Source: Candidatus Nomurabacteria bacterium
Lineage (GTDB): Bacteria > Patescibacteriota > Minisyncoccia > Phycocordibacterales > UBA918
Length of the DNA stretch: 64,000 bases
Assembly: GCA_020632135.1 (NCBI GenBank)
Contig: JACKGC010000001.1
Coordinates: forward strand, 308,241-372,240
Direction: 5' to 3'
A program made the position numbers and the translations under genes. The first letter of the stretch is position 1; each line of letters begins with the position of its first letter. Below are positions 34,748 to 43,967 of the stretch, one piece after another. The notes under the pieces are model-generated. The model saw nothing but the letters and a program-made list of their open reading frames with translations, was not told where the DNA came from and did no database searches.

Positions 34748-35527
34748 ATGAAAACACTTAAACTCCTCATCCCACACACCATCATCCTGGCGCTGCTCCT
34801 CCTGCCATTCTTAGCCGCTGCCCAAAATACCTATAAGCCACTAGTGGGTATTCCTGGGGTAAGTGGCGACCCTTCCACCCAAGGCTTCGATAGCTACATC
34901 AACGCCCTCTACGCGCTCTCAATCAGCATCGCGGCACTTCTTGCGGTCATCAAGATCGTGATCGCTGGTGTGAAGTGGATGATGACCGATATTGTTACCT
35001 CAAAAGGGGAAGCAAAAAAGGACATCCAAGCGTCACTAATTGGTTTGGTGATCGTGATAGCAGCCGTCCTTATCCTCACCGTCATCAACCCAAATCTGGT
35101 AAACGTGAATTTAAATATGCAGAAGATCGGTGTGACTGAGCAAGGAGGAGGAGGTGGAGGCTCTGGTTCAACACCAGTGTTAGATATGAATTATGTGGAG
35201 CAAGGTCAAACAACTGGCAATCTTGATACCGCAACCCTTTCCTCATCTGCCCCAACTGGTCAAGTGGAGGCTTTCTTTAAATGGTGCCACCAGCAAGGAA
35301 GAACACCTAAAAATATTGGAGGGGAGTGGCGCTGTATAGATTATGACAACCTGGAGAAAACAGTTATTTCTCAAGCTTATTGTTTAGATTCGTTGGGTGC
35401 ACAGTGTGATGTGGTTCGAAACACCCTTAAAACTAATTGCGAGGGTACCAAGAATGGTGTGTTCTTTGATGGGGAAATCGATAGTAATGGTTATAGAACA
35501 TATACTTGTATTCAGGATAGGTTTTAA
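34748..35527 (+). CDS. T4SS pilin-like (VirB2/TrbC-type) protein fused to a C-terminal Cys-rich domain
   Basis: Signal peptide ending AAAQ, then two hydrophobic helices separated by KGEAKKD (ALYALSISIAALLAVIKIVIAGVKWMM...IQASLIGLVIVIAAVLILTVI). A GGGGGGSGS linker and a ~105-aa domain with 6 Cys follow. Confidence 0.6.
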   Translation: MKTLKLLIPHTIILALLLLPFLAAAQNTYKPLVGIPGVSGDPSTQGFDSYINALYALSISIAALLAVIKIVIAGVKWMMTDIVTSKGEAKKDIQASLIGLVIVIAAVLILTVINPNLVNVNLNMQKIGVTEQGGGGGGSGSTPVLDMNYVEQGQTTGNLDTATLSSSAPTGQVEAFFKWCHQQGRTPKNIGGEWRCIDYDNLEKTVISQAYCLDSLGAQCDVVRNTLKTNCEGTKNGVFFDGEIDSNGYRTYTCIQDRF

Positions 35528-35530
35528 TTT

Positions 35531-35561
35531 AAAAAAACACCACACTCTGTGTGGTGTTTTT
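35531..35561. terminator. Bidirectional terminator hairpin
   Basis: aaaaaa acaccacac tct gtgtggtgt tttt, between the pilin gene (+) and yidC (-). Confidence 0.75.
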
Positions 35562-35577
35562 AAATTAGTCACTAATA

Positions 35578-36303
35578 CTACCGATGCTTCCGCACAAAGT
35601 ACTCCTGCGCGATAGTGGTGAGGTTGCTCACTAGGAAGTAGAGCGCGATCGCGGCGGAAATAGACCAAGCCACGAAAGTGATCAGCACGGGCATCACATA
35701 CTTCATCTGGGTGTGCATGTTGCGCATAAAGTCAGCTTTAAGATCAGGCGCTGCTCCCTCTTCCTTTGGCGGAGGAGTAGGCATGGTGAGATTGACATGG
35801 ATGAATTGCGTAATACCGGCCCCTAGTGCCAACACAACGCTTCGCTCAGTAATATCCACCAACCCAATGAAGTGCATTGTCACATCCACGGGGGCCGCAA
35901 TGAAAGGGTAGAGTACCTCGAGGTTTATATCTGGCAGTGGCACCCCACCTCCCTTATAGACCGCCAAGTAGAGCGCAATAATGATCGGGATCTGGAGAAA
36001 TAATAGAAAGATACTCGCGAGTGGATTCATTCCTGCATCGCGGTACACTTCCATCATCGCTTGAGCTTGCTGCTGTTTATCATCCTTGTACTTCTCTTTG
36101 ATCTCCTTAAGTTTTGGCTCGATCTCCCGCATGGTCTTTTGCGTTTTAACCGCTTTGATCGAAAGGGGAAGGAGAATGGTCTTTACTAAAAGGACGGTAG
36201 CAATGATCGCCAACCCTACATCGCCGCCTGGAATGATATCAATAAAAAATACCAGTGCGTTGTAGACTGGATCAAAGAAAAACGTATGCCAAATGTAACT
36301 CAT
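35578..36303 (-). CDS. yidC: Membrane protein insertase YidC (short form)
   Basis: GLAIIATVLLVKTILLPLSIK...MREIEPKLKEIKEKYKDD...MMEVYRDAGMNP, with five TM segments. It sits in the conserved position next to rnpA. Confidence 0.85.
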   Translation of the reverse strand: MSYIWHTFFFDPVYNALVFFIDIIPGGDVGLAIIATVLLVKTILLPLSIKAVKTQKTMREIEPKLKEIKEKYKDDKQQQAQAMMEVYRDAGMNPLASIFLLFLQIPIIIALYLAVYKGGGVPLPDINLEVLYPFIAAPVDVTMHFIGLVDITERSVVLALGAGITQFIHVNLTMPTPPPKEEGAAPDLKADFMRNMHTQMKYVMPVLITFVAWSISAAIALYFLVSNLTTIAQEYFVRKHR

Positions 36304-36315
36304 AGTGCTGTCATT

Positions 36316-36648
36316 CTACGTACTTTTCACCACTTCAGCAACCGCCGCTTCTATTACAGCTTGTGCCTCATGTCGTGAGAGTTGCACAAATGTTGGCTTT
36401 GCGAGTACGATCAACACTCCTTGAAACTTCAGTTCATCGAGTTGGCGGCGGAGCACAGCGTAGATACGCCGCCGAAGCAGGTTTCGCTTCACTGCACTCT
36501 TTGCCACCTTCTTACCTACCACCACCGCCACTTTTCTGGTTGGGTAGGGGGTAGTGATGAGGGTGAGGTATGTAGTGTGGTGGCGCACACCTTGTTTAAA
36601 AAAAGCGTCAAATGCAACTTGTGAGAGACGTTCTGACTTCTTAAACAT
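36316..36648 (-). CDS. rnpA: RNase P protein component
   Basis: FKKSERL start and the RNR motif KSAVKRNLLRRRI. Start at the internal ATG 36648, so the upstream hairpin is intergenic. Confidence 0.8.
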   Translation of the reverse strand: MFKKSERLSQVAFDAFFKQGVRHHTTYLTLITTPYPTRKVAVVVGKKVAKSAVKRNLLRRRIYAVLRRQLDELKFQGVLIVLAKPTFVQLSRHEAQAVIEAAVAEVVKST

Positions 36649-36674
36649 AGCGGCACTATAGCATTTAGGTAGGT

Positions 36675-36716
36675 AAAACAAAACCACCAAGCTAGATGGC
36701 TTGGTGGTTTTGTTTT
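36675..36716 (-). terminator. Hairpin between rpmH and rnpA (attenuator or terminator)
   Basis: Perfect 18-bp stem aaaacaaaaccaccaagc / gcttggtggttttgtttt with a 6-nt loop. Confidence 0.6.
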
Positions 36717-36722
36717 AGGGTA

Positions 36723-36872
36723 TTAGCCAGCCTTCTTCACTGTCAGCTGCGCACGGCCCTTGCGACGACGCGCTTGGAGGACTTTGCGCCCAGCAGCTGA
36801 TGCAGATCGCACCAAAAAGCCGTGGGTTGTGGCACGCTTTCGCTTACTTGGTTGGTAGGTTCGTTTTGACAT
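36723..36872 (-). CDS. rpmH: 50S ribosomal protein L34
   Basis: The minus-strand translation is [49 protein letters not shown] (49 aa), below the ORF-track cutoff. This is the canonical L34 sequence and position. Confidence 0.9.
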   Translation of the reverse strand: MSKRTYQPSKRKRATTHGFLVRSASAAGRKVLQARRRKGRAQLTVKKAG

Positions 36873-37218
36873 ACGTGGAATTTAATACCTGGGAACTATA
36901 CAGGAATATCTAAATAATTCAATAGGGGGAGAGCTTTGGACTCAGGCTGGGTGTAGGGTACCGACTACTCATCGGCAATACGCTCACTATTCTTAAAGAA
37001 GTGATTCGAACACACCCTGGTGTTTACCTACCAGTTTGAGCATCCAAGCCCCACAAAGGTTCAAAGTACGCCAGTTTAAGAGAAATGCACTTGTTCACAC
37101 TTTATACACAGTTGCATTCTCGGTTTTAAAAATGGAGTTGGAAATTCATTCTTTTCTGAAAAAGTTTACAGTTCTTTCGAGGGAGGTATAATGCTACTCA
37201 CGTACCGACTTAGTCACC
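36873..37218. other. rpmH-dnaA intergenic region: dnaA promoter and candidate oriC part 1
   Basis: DnaA-box-like TTATACACA (37102-37110) and TTGTTCACA (37091-37099). AT-rich stretch at 37120-37170. TATAAT at 37188-37193. Confidence 0.5.
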
Positions 37219-38604
37219 ATGAATTCCATCTCACACTCAGCTTCATCAAACAGCATCGTCCATACGGAACAAGTTGATGTAAAACAACTCTGGGATGATG
37301 CATTAGTGAAGATAGAACTCTCGATCACCACTGCCAACTTCAAAACATGGTTTCGCGACACCTACATCGTCTCACTTGAAGATGGTACCGCCACTATTGG
37401 CGTACCAAGTGTATTTGTGAAGGACTGGCTCCAGGATAAATTCCAGACCATGATCTTAAAGACTCTCCGCGACCTCACCCCACACGTGCGTAGTGTTGAG
37501 TATATGGTCGCCCAGCGTAATGAACGCAAACAGGAATCAACCAAGAACCAAACCGTCAACGCCGCACTCCCACTAGAGGATTACTACATTAATAAAAGTG
37601 ACAATCTTAATCCTAAGTACTCCTTCGATACGTTTGTGGTTGGCCCATACAACGCCCTTGCACACGCAGCAGCTAAGACTGTGAGTGAAAAACCAGGTAT
37701 CACGTACAATCCACTCTTTATCTACGGTAAGACCGGTCATGGTAAGACACACCTCATCCAAGCAGTGGGGAACCAGATCAAAAAGACTGGCAAGAAAGTG
37801 TTCTACGTCACAAGTGAGCGTTTTGCAGTGGACTACTTCAATGCACTCCAAAGTGGTAGTGCTAACAGCTTCAAAGATCGCTATCGTCAATATGATGTGC
37901 TCATCATGGACGATGTACAGTTCTTAGCTACCAAAGAGAAGACTCAAGAAGAACTCTTTCACCTCTTCAATGCCCTCCACGACAACAACAAGCAAATTGT
38001 CTTCTCGAGTGATCAACACCCAGCACTTTTAAATGGTATGGAGGAGCGATTACAGTCACGGTTTGCACAAGGAATGATCGTTGATCTACCAGCACCAGAC
38101 TTAGAATCACGCGCCGCAATTCTGCGCGCGAAAGCAGCACAGAATAGCATTACTCTCAATGAAGATGTGGTGCAACACCTCGCACAGAGTATTGAAGGAA
38201 ACGTTCGTGAACTTGAGGGAGCACTTAACACCATCATGTGTCAGTCACAACTCCTTGGCCGCGCCCTTTCGATCGATGAAGTGCGCACCATCATTAAAAA
38301 CAGCTCACGTCCACGTAAGACCCTTGCTATCACCGATGTGGTTGAAAAGGTGGCTCGCTACTACGACATTGATCAGGCAAGTATTTACGAAAAAACCCGT
38401 CGGAAAGAGGTGGTGAAACCGCGCCAGATCATTATGTACATCCTGCGCGAGGATTTCCAAGTATCATACCCAGCTATTGGTAAAAAATTGGGTGGTCGTG
38501 ACCACACCACCGTTATCCACTCGTGTGAGAAGATCAAAGAGGAATTAAAGAACAGTGGGGAACTCGAGGAGGAGATCACACAAGTCCGACTCCTTCTGAA
38601 ATAA
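37219..38604 (+). CDS. dnaA: Chromosomal replication initiator DnaA
   Basis: Walker A GKTGHGKTHL, Walker B LIMDDVQF, sensor VRELEGAL, and a C-terminal DNA-binding region ending GGRDHTTVIHSCEKI. Confidence 0.95.
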   Translation: MNSISHSASSNSIVHTEQVDVKQLWDDALVKIELSITTANFKTWFRDTYIVSLEDGTATIGVPSVFVKDWLQDKFQTMILKTLRDLTPHVRSVEYMVAQRNERKQESTKNQTVNAALPLEDYYINKSDNLNPKYSFDTFVVGPYNALAHAAAKTVSEKPGITYNPLFIYGKTGHGKTHLIQAVGNQIKKTGKKVFYVTSERFAVDYFNALQSGSANSFKDRYRQYDVLIMDDVQFLATKEKTQEELFHLFNALHDNNKQIVFSSDQHPALLNGMEERLQSRFAQGMIVDLPAPDLESRAAILRAKAAQNSITLNEDVVQHLAQSIEGNVRELEGALNTIMCQSQLLGRALSIDEVRTIIKNSSRPRKTLAITDVVEKVARYYDIDQASIYEKTRRKEVVKPRQIIMYILREDFQVSYPAIGKKLGGRDHTTVIHSCEKIKEELKNSGELEEEITQVRLLLK

Positions 38605-38627
38605 ACACCGCCAGAGCGGTGTTTTTT
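38603..38627 (+). terminator. dnaA terminator hairpin
   Basis: aaacaccgc caga gcggtgttt followed by ttt. Confidence 0.7.
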
Positions 38628-38928
38628 AAAGTTTTTTTGTTTGTGGAAAAGATCGGGGAGAGAAGTGTACAAGGCTAGAACATCCCGTTTATGTGTCTCC
38701 AACAACCGCTTGGTAGGGTATGGATAAAGCTGATTTTTATACACAATTACAGTTGTATTGTACTCAGTGTAAATAAGTTTCCCCAACCATACCCACATAA
38801 CTCCCAACCTAACTCACACTAACCGCACAAATACACACATAAATTTTCATTGTAGTACGCCATAGATTCGACTTTTGCACACTTCCACAGCACTAATAAT
38901 AGAGAGTAAAATAGATTACAATATAGAT
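38628..38928. other. dnaA-dnaN intergenic region: candidate oriC part 2
   Basis: Boxes within 1 mismatch of TTATCCACA or its complement: TGTGGAAAA (38642-38650), TATGGATAA (38719-38727) and TTATACACA (38737-38745). An AT-rich tract lies at 38890-38928. Confidence 0.55.
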
Positions 38929-40023
38929 ATGGAGATAACTATTCCACATGATAAGTTGGTTGAAGCACTCGAACTCATTGGACGCATTAGCACTAAACAT
39001 GTCACACTTCCGATACTACAGTGTATTCGTTTAGAAGCGAAAGGGACCAGTATCACCCTTCAGGCAACCAACTTAGAGATCAGTATGGAAGTGCTACTCA
39101 CTGGTACTGTAGTAGAAGAGGGGGTGGTAGCAGTTCCAGGTCAGATCTTCCTGCAGAGTATTCAGTTTGTTGCACAAAAAGATATTACTTTACGTACCGA
39201 GGATCAAGTTCTACTTCTTGAAACTTCGCATACCAATACTTCGATAAAGACATTCACCACTGATGAGTTTCCCACCCTTAAACAGCTTCAAGGTGAGGAA
39301 CTTAAACTCCAAGGAGCGATGTTTGCGAATGGTATTAAAGCGGTGGCATTTGCAGCCTCACAAACCTCAATTAAACCTGAGCTTGGGAGTGTGTTTATAC
39401 AGCAAAAGAAGGAACACTCTCTCACATTTGTGGCAACTGATTCGTTCCGTTTAATGGAGAAGACGGTCTCACAAAAAGGGTTAGTGTTCGATCAGTCGAT
39501 CATGATCCCACAAAAGAATGCCATTGAGTTAGCGCGGGTATGTGACACTGTGCGAGAGGACCCTGTGTTGGTGATGAGTGAGAATCAATGCGCTTTACGG
39601 TTCCCAACTGGTGTATATGTCTCATCACGACTAGTGGCTGGTAGTTTTCCAGATTACGTGCAGATCATTCCAAAAGAGTTTGTGACCCATGTAACAGTCC
39701 TAAAAGATGACCTTCTCCGCTCATTTAAGAAGACAAATATCTTTTTGAATAAGTTTCGTCAAGTCTCACTGATGGTGACCGACAAAAACCTTACCATATC
39801 ATCACAGAATAACGAGGTGGGGCACACAACCGATACAGTGCGAGCTCAGGTTGAAGGGGAAGAGTTGTCACTTAATTTCAATCAACAGTACATAATGGAC
39901 CCACTCACTCACGTGAATGATGATTCGGTGAAAATGAGTTTTGCTGGAATTGGCCGAGCGATGATCATACAAGGAGTGGCAGATAAGAGTTTGCGTTACT
40001 TAGTAATGCCAATGAATAAGTAA
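38929..40023 (+). CDS. dnaN: DNA polymerase III beta sliding clamp
   Basis: 365 aa with a three-domain clamp pattern (LELIGRISTKHVTLPILQCIRLEA...FVATDSFRL...MPMNK), in the position after dnaA. Start at the internal ATG 38929. Confidence 0.9.
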   Translation: MEITIPHDKLVEALELIGRISTKHVTLPILQCIRLEAKGTSITLQATNLEISMEVLLTGTVVEEGVVAVPGQIFLQSIQFVAQKDITLRTEDQVLLLETSHTNTSIKTFTTDEFPTLKQLQGEELKLQGAMFANGIKAVAFAASQTSIKPELGSVFIQQKKEHSLTFVATDSFRLMEKTVSQKGLVFDQSIMIPQKNAIELARVCDTVREDPVLVMSENQCALRFPTGVYVSSRLVAGSFPDYVQIIPKEFVTHVTVLKDDLLRSFKKTNIFLNKFRQVSLMVTDKNLTISSQNNEVGHTTDTVRAQVEGEELSLNFNQQYIMDPLTHVNDDSVKMSFAGIGRAMIIQGVADKSLRYLVMPMNK

Positions 40024-40025
40024 GT

Positions 40026-40322
40026 ATGGAGCCCTACTCCACACCACAAGCAATGAAGCGGGTGGGAGACTTATTTGAGAAGTACAAGACCAAACTTAAA
40101 GCACCGCAAGCTTCAGTTGAGAAGGAGTGTGTGCTGGTTATTAATACCATCACTGGGTTTACGCTGACACAGGACCAGCTCACCTATACGGTCAGTACAC
40201 GCACACTAGCCCTTAAAATACCAAGTCTTCTGAAGTCAGAATTACGATTTCATCATGAAGCGATCTTACGGGAATTAGAAAACCGTCTTGGGAAAGACGG
40301 TTGTCCAAAAGTGATCTTATAG
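40026..40322 (+). CDS. DUF721/DciA-like small protein
   Basis: 98 aa, immediately after dnaN. The C-terminal pattern LALKIPSLLKSELRFHHEAILRELENRLG...KVI resembles DUF721. This is a tentative call. Confidence 0.4.
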   Translation: MEPYSTPQAMKRVGDLFEKYKTKLKAPQASVEKECVLVINTITGFTLTQDQLTYTVSTRTLALKIPSLLKSELRFHHEAILRELENRLGKDGCPKVIL

Positions 40323-42605
40323 TTAGTTGCGAGAGCGACGAGATGAACGGTCTTCCTCCTCGGCGGTGTCTGACTCAGTTGTGTCTGTAGTGTCTGCTTG
40401 GAGGAGGAGGCCGAAAGTCTCCTCATTCCATTTCTGGACACCATATTCCCAGTTCTCATATTGTGGGTCATTAGCGGGGTTTGCTGGGTAGCCACCAAGT
40501 GGGTCGTTACGGTCGACGTAGTGAAGGATAGAGTGGATATTGTTGTAGATGGTGGCAATATCGATAGTTGGAGAGTTTTCAGTATCTTCATCACTCACAT
40601 CATCAGTGTTTGTTTGCGACTTCATTGCTTCCAGTAAGAGGGCGGTGTCGATATACTCGCCACGAATGATCGGTTTCACCCCACTAGTGTTTATTTGTGG
40701 TTGTTGGAATGATTCTTCTGGTAGTTTCTCTAGTGCAACATCCATGAATTCACGCCACATTGGAGTGGTAATGAGGCCTGAGAGACCTCCTCCCATCGCG
40801 TCATTGTCATTGTTACCACACCACGCCCCCACTGCAATATTTGGCGCGTACCCCATGATCCATGCGTCACGGAGGTTGTTGGTACTACCAGATTTTGCTG
40901 CTACGTCTCGGTTTGGGAAGTTGATAAGGGAATTAGAGCCCCATAGTGGGGTGCGAGCGACATTGTCTGAGAGTACATCGCTGATCATGTACGCCACATT
41001 ATCTTCAAGAACTCGGTTAGTTTCAATCGAAGATTCTTCAATAATGTTTCCTCGACTATCTTCGATCCTAAGGATGGTGCGGGGTTGTGCGCGCACGCCA
41101 CCATTGGCGAATACACCATATGCATATGTCATATCAAGAAGTCGCACTTCACCGCCACCAAGTACAAGAGTAAGGCCATAACGATCTGGGTCGTTGAGGG
41201 TAGTGAGTCCCATATCGGCGGCGAACTTAAGAGTATCTTTCAAACCAGCTAGGTAGAGGGTCTTTACTGCTGGAATATTAAGTGATTGTGCGAGCGCATT
41301 TCGCATACTGATTGGCCCAACAAATTTAAAGTTGTAATTTTGTGGAGCGTAACAAGGTGATTCCGAACTGGGGTCCCATGGGTCACATTGTGGTGAAAAC
41401 TGAGTGGCGACATCAAAGAGTACAGTGGCTGGCAGGTAGCCTTTTCGGAAGGCGTTGGCGTATACAAATGGTTTAATTGAAGAACCAGGCTGGCGTTTAG
41501 CAAGAGTAACATTGAAGTTGCCGTCAATATCTTCACTAAAGTAATCTTTAGAACCAACCATCACTAACAGATCACCACTCTTTGGGTCAGTTGCTACCAA
41601 GCCAGCATTTGAAGCGTTGAAACGCTCAGTGTTTGAGGCGGCTTTCTGCGCCACGATCCGCTCTGCTTCCTTCTGGAGTTCCCAATCTAGGGTAGTGATA
41701 ATACGTAAGCCTTGCTCAGCCATTGCTTCTTCACCATACCGTTCAGCAAGCTGCTCCACCACATACATCACAAAATGTGGGGCGCGAATACCAGTCACTG
41801 CTTGGGGTTGAAATTCCACTTCCTCTATCATTGCTGCGTCGTACTCATCAGTGGTAATGAAGCCGTTAAGGCGCATACGGTCGAGCACAAGCTGTTGGCG
41901 AGTATCGAGTGCAGCACGGTTGCTGCCGTATGGTGAGTAGTAGGTTGGTGCCTGCGGAATAGCCGCAAGATACGCTGCTTCAGCCAATGTGATCTCACTT
42001 GCACCCTTGTTAAAGAAGGCACGGGAGGCTTCTTCAATTCCATAAATAGTGCCGCCATATGGAGATTCATTAAGATAGATCTCCAGTATGTCTTCTTTTT
42101 CTAGCACTCGCTCAAGTTTGATTGAAAGGATTGCTTCTTTAACTTTGCGACTCAGTTTTTTATCACGATCTAACACGGAGTTTTTAATTACTTGCTGAGT
42201 GATGGTTGAGCCACCTTGGCCACCCAATAAGTTACCTTGGCTGAAATTAGACACTGCTGCACGGATGATGGCCATAAAATCGATACCAATGTGGTTGTAA
42301 AACTGGTCATCCTCGATCGCAACTGTGGCGTTTTTGATATGACGAGACATTTCCTCAAACGGAATGATGGTCCGGCGCACGTCTTGGTGGAGGTCATAGA
42401 GAAGTACCTCCCCTGTTCGGTCGAATATCTTGGTGGATTGTAAGACGCGGCGCTCCTCAAACGCGGAAAGGTCGGGGATCTCAAGAGTGGAAATCCATAC
42501 CAAGATCGTTGCGCCGAGGATGATAAAAGCAGCAAACCCAAAAATGAGCAGGTCGATCAGCATTTCCTTCCAGTTCTTGGTAAACCACTTACGGATCTTC
42601 ATCAT
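40323..42605 (-). CDS. Bifunctional penicillin-binding protein 1A (GT51 glycosyltransferase and transpeptidase)
   Basis: N-terminal TM. GT51 motifs EDDQFYNHIGID and GGSTITQQ. Transpeptidase motifs SSIKP (SxxK) and KSGST (KTG-like). The C-terminal tail is acidic. Confidence 0.9.
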   Translation of the reverse strand: MMKIRKWFTKNWKEMLIDLLIFGFAAFIILGATILVWISTLEIPDLSAFEERRVLQSTKIFDRTGEVLLYDLHQDVRRTIIPFEEMSRHIKNATVAIEDDQFYNHIGIDFMAIIRAAVSNFSQGNLLGGQGGSTITQQVIKNSVLDRDKKLSRKVKEAILSIKLERVLEKEDILEIYLNESPYGGTIYGIEEASRAFFNKGASEITLAEAAYLAAIPQAPTYYSPYGSNRAALDTRQQLVLDRMRLNGFITTDEYDAAMIEEVEFQPQAVTGIRAPHFVMYVVEQLAERYGEEAMAEQGLRIITTLDWELQKEAERIVAQKAASNTERFNASNAGLVATDPKSGDLLVMVGSKDYFSEDIDGNFNVTLAKRQPGSSIKPFVYANAFRKGYLPATVLFDVATQFSPQCDPWDPSSESPCYAPQNYNFKFVGPISMRNALAQSLNIPAVKTLYLAGLKDTLKFAADMGLTTLNDPDRYGLTLVLGGGEVRLLDMTYAYGVFANGGVRAQPRTILRIEDSRGNIIEESSIETNRVLEDNVAYMISDVLSDNVARTPLWGSNSLINFPNRDVAAKSGSTNNLRDAWIMGYAPNIAVGAWCGNNDNDAMGGGLSGLITTPMWREFMDVALEKLPEESFQQPQINTSGVKPIIRGEYIDTALLLEAMKSQTNTDDVSDEDTENSPTIDIATIYNNIHSILHYVDRNDPLGGYPANPANDPQYENWEYGVQKWNEETFGLLLQADTTDTTESDTAEEEDRSSRRSRN

Positions 42606-42683
42606 AATGTATAGTTATATAGCCAATGGTAGCACGAGTTGTCTAGACAATTTACTACGAATGTGTGATAGAGTTGTTTCACT

Positions 42684-43922
42684 ATGAGTCTTGCAAATGA
42701 GTTAGAAAAAAGAGGCTTTATTCACCAGATCTCTGGGCCATCCCTGGCCGAGATCGTTGATGGAGAGCAGCGTACCATATATCACGGGATCGACCCAACT
42801 GCAGATTCTGCCCACGCGGGAAATATGGTGCTTTGGATGTTGTTGCGGCATTTAGCACAAGCTGGACATAAGATCATTTTCTTAGTTGGAGGAGGTACTG
42901 GCATGATTGGTGATCCAAAGCCTGATACGGAACGAGAACTGAAAGAACCAACGGCAGTGGCGGAAAATGTGACTAAACTAAAAAACCAAGCAGAGCGATT
43001 TTTTACTGGTTATGATATTGAATTTGTGGACAACCTTCAGTGGCTTGGGGAGTTGAAACTCATCGACTTTTTGCGTGATATTGGTAAACACTACACTGTC
43101 AACGAACTCATTAAGAAGGACGCAATTGCAACCAGACTCACGAGCGATACAGGCTTGTCGTATACAGAGTTCGCCTACCCGCTTCTGCAGGGCTATGACT
43201 ATCTACAACTCTTCGAGACAAAAGGTTGCACTATTCAGGTAGGCGGCTCTGACCAGTGGGGAAATATCATCTCAGGAGTAGAGCTGGTGCGTCGTAAGGT
43301 CCAAGCAGAGGTGTATGCGATCACCACCCCGCTGATCGTCGATAAAAGTACTGGAAAGAAGTTTGGTAAGAGTGAGGGTAATGCAGTGTGGTTGGACCCA
43401 GAAAAGACCTCTCCGTATCAGTTCTATCAGTTTTGGCTCAATGTGAGTGATGATAGTGTGATCGAGCATTTGAAACGGTTTACTTTTTTACCACTAGTTG
43501 AGATCGATCAGATCGCACAAAACCATGAAATGGAGCCGGGAGCACGTGTCGCTCAAAAAGCACTCGCGTTTGCAGTGACAACACTTGTGCATGGTACTGA
43601 AGCGGCTGAGGCAAGTCTGAAAGTCTCAAACATACTATTTGGTGGCGAGATCACCGAACTAACCCTAGAGGAACAAAACGTATTGCAAGCGAACGCTCCA
43701 ACCACAGTTGTGATGCTTGATACTGACATAGTGAGTGTGTTGGTAGAGTCTGGGTTGGCGACCAGTAAGAGAGAGGCGCGCACTTTCCTTGAAGCGGGAG
43801 CGGTATCGCTTGGTGGGCAAAAAGCCACTTTAGAAACAGTACTTACAGAAGCGCTGTTTACAAATCGTATCGCGATCCTAAAACGTGGGAAGAAGCAGTT
43901 GTGTGTGTTGACACTGAAGTAA
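42684..43922 (+). CDS. tyrS: Tyrosyl-tRNA synthetase
   Basis: Class I motifs (GIDPTADSAHAGN, KFGKS), GGSDQWGNI and a C-terminal S4-like domain. Confidence 0.9.
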   Translation: MSLANELEKRGFIHQISGPSLAEIVDGEQRTIYHGIDPTADSAHAGNMVLWMLLRHLAQAGHKIIFLVGGGTGMIGDPKPDTERELKEPTAVAENVTKLKNQAERFFTGYDIEFVDNLQWLGELKLIDFLRDIGKHYTVNELIKKDAIATRLTSDTGLSYTEFAYPLLQGYDYLQLFETKGCTIQVGGSDQWGNIISGVELVRRKVQAEVYAITTPLIVDKSTGKKFGKSEGNAVWLDPEKTSPYQFYQFWLNVSDDSVIEHLKRFTFLPLVEIDQIAQNHEMEPGARVAQKALAFAVTTLVHGTEAAEASLKVSNILFGGEITELTLEEQNVLQANAPTTVVMLDTDIVSVLVESGLATSKREARTFLEAGAVSLGGQKATLETVLTEALFTNRIAILKRGKKQLCVLTLK

Positions 43923-43924
43923 GA

Positions 43925-43967
43925 GAATGAAAAAGGCCGGAAGCGAAGCTTCCGGCCTTTTTCATTC
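43925..43967. terminator. Bidirectional terminator hairpin
   Basis: Perfect 20-bp stem gaatgaaaaaggccggaagc / gcttccggcctttttcattc with a 3-nt loop. Confidence 0.8.

Noticed and set aside
42606-42683. T-box leader upstream of tyrS
   Set aside because: The spacer is only 78 nt and has no T-box sequence or specifier-loop architecture.
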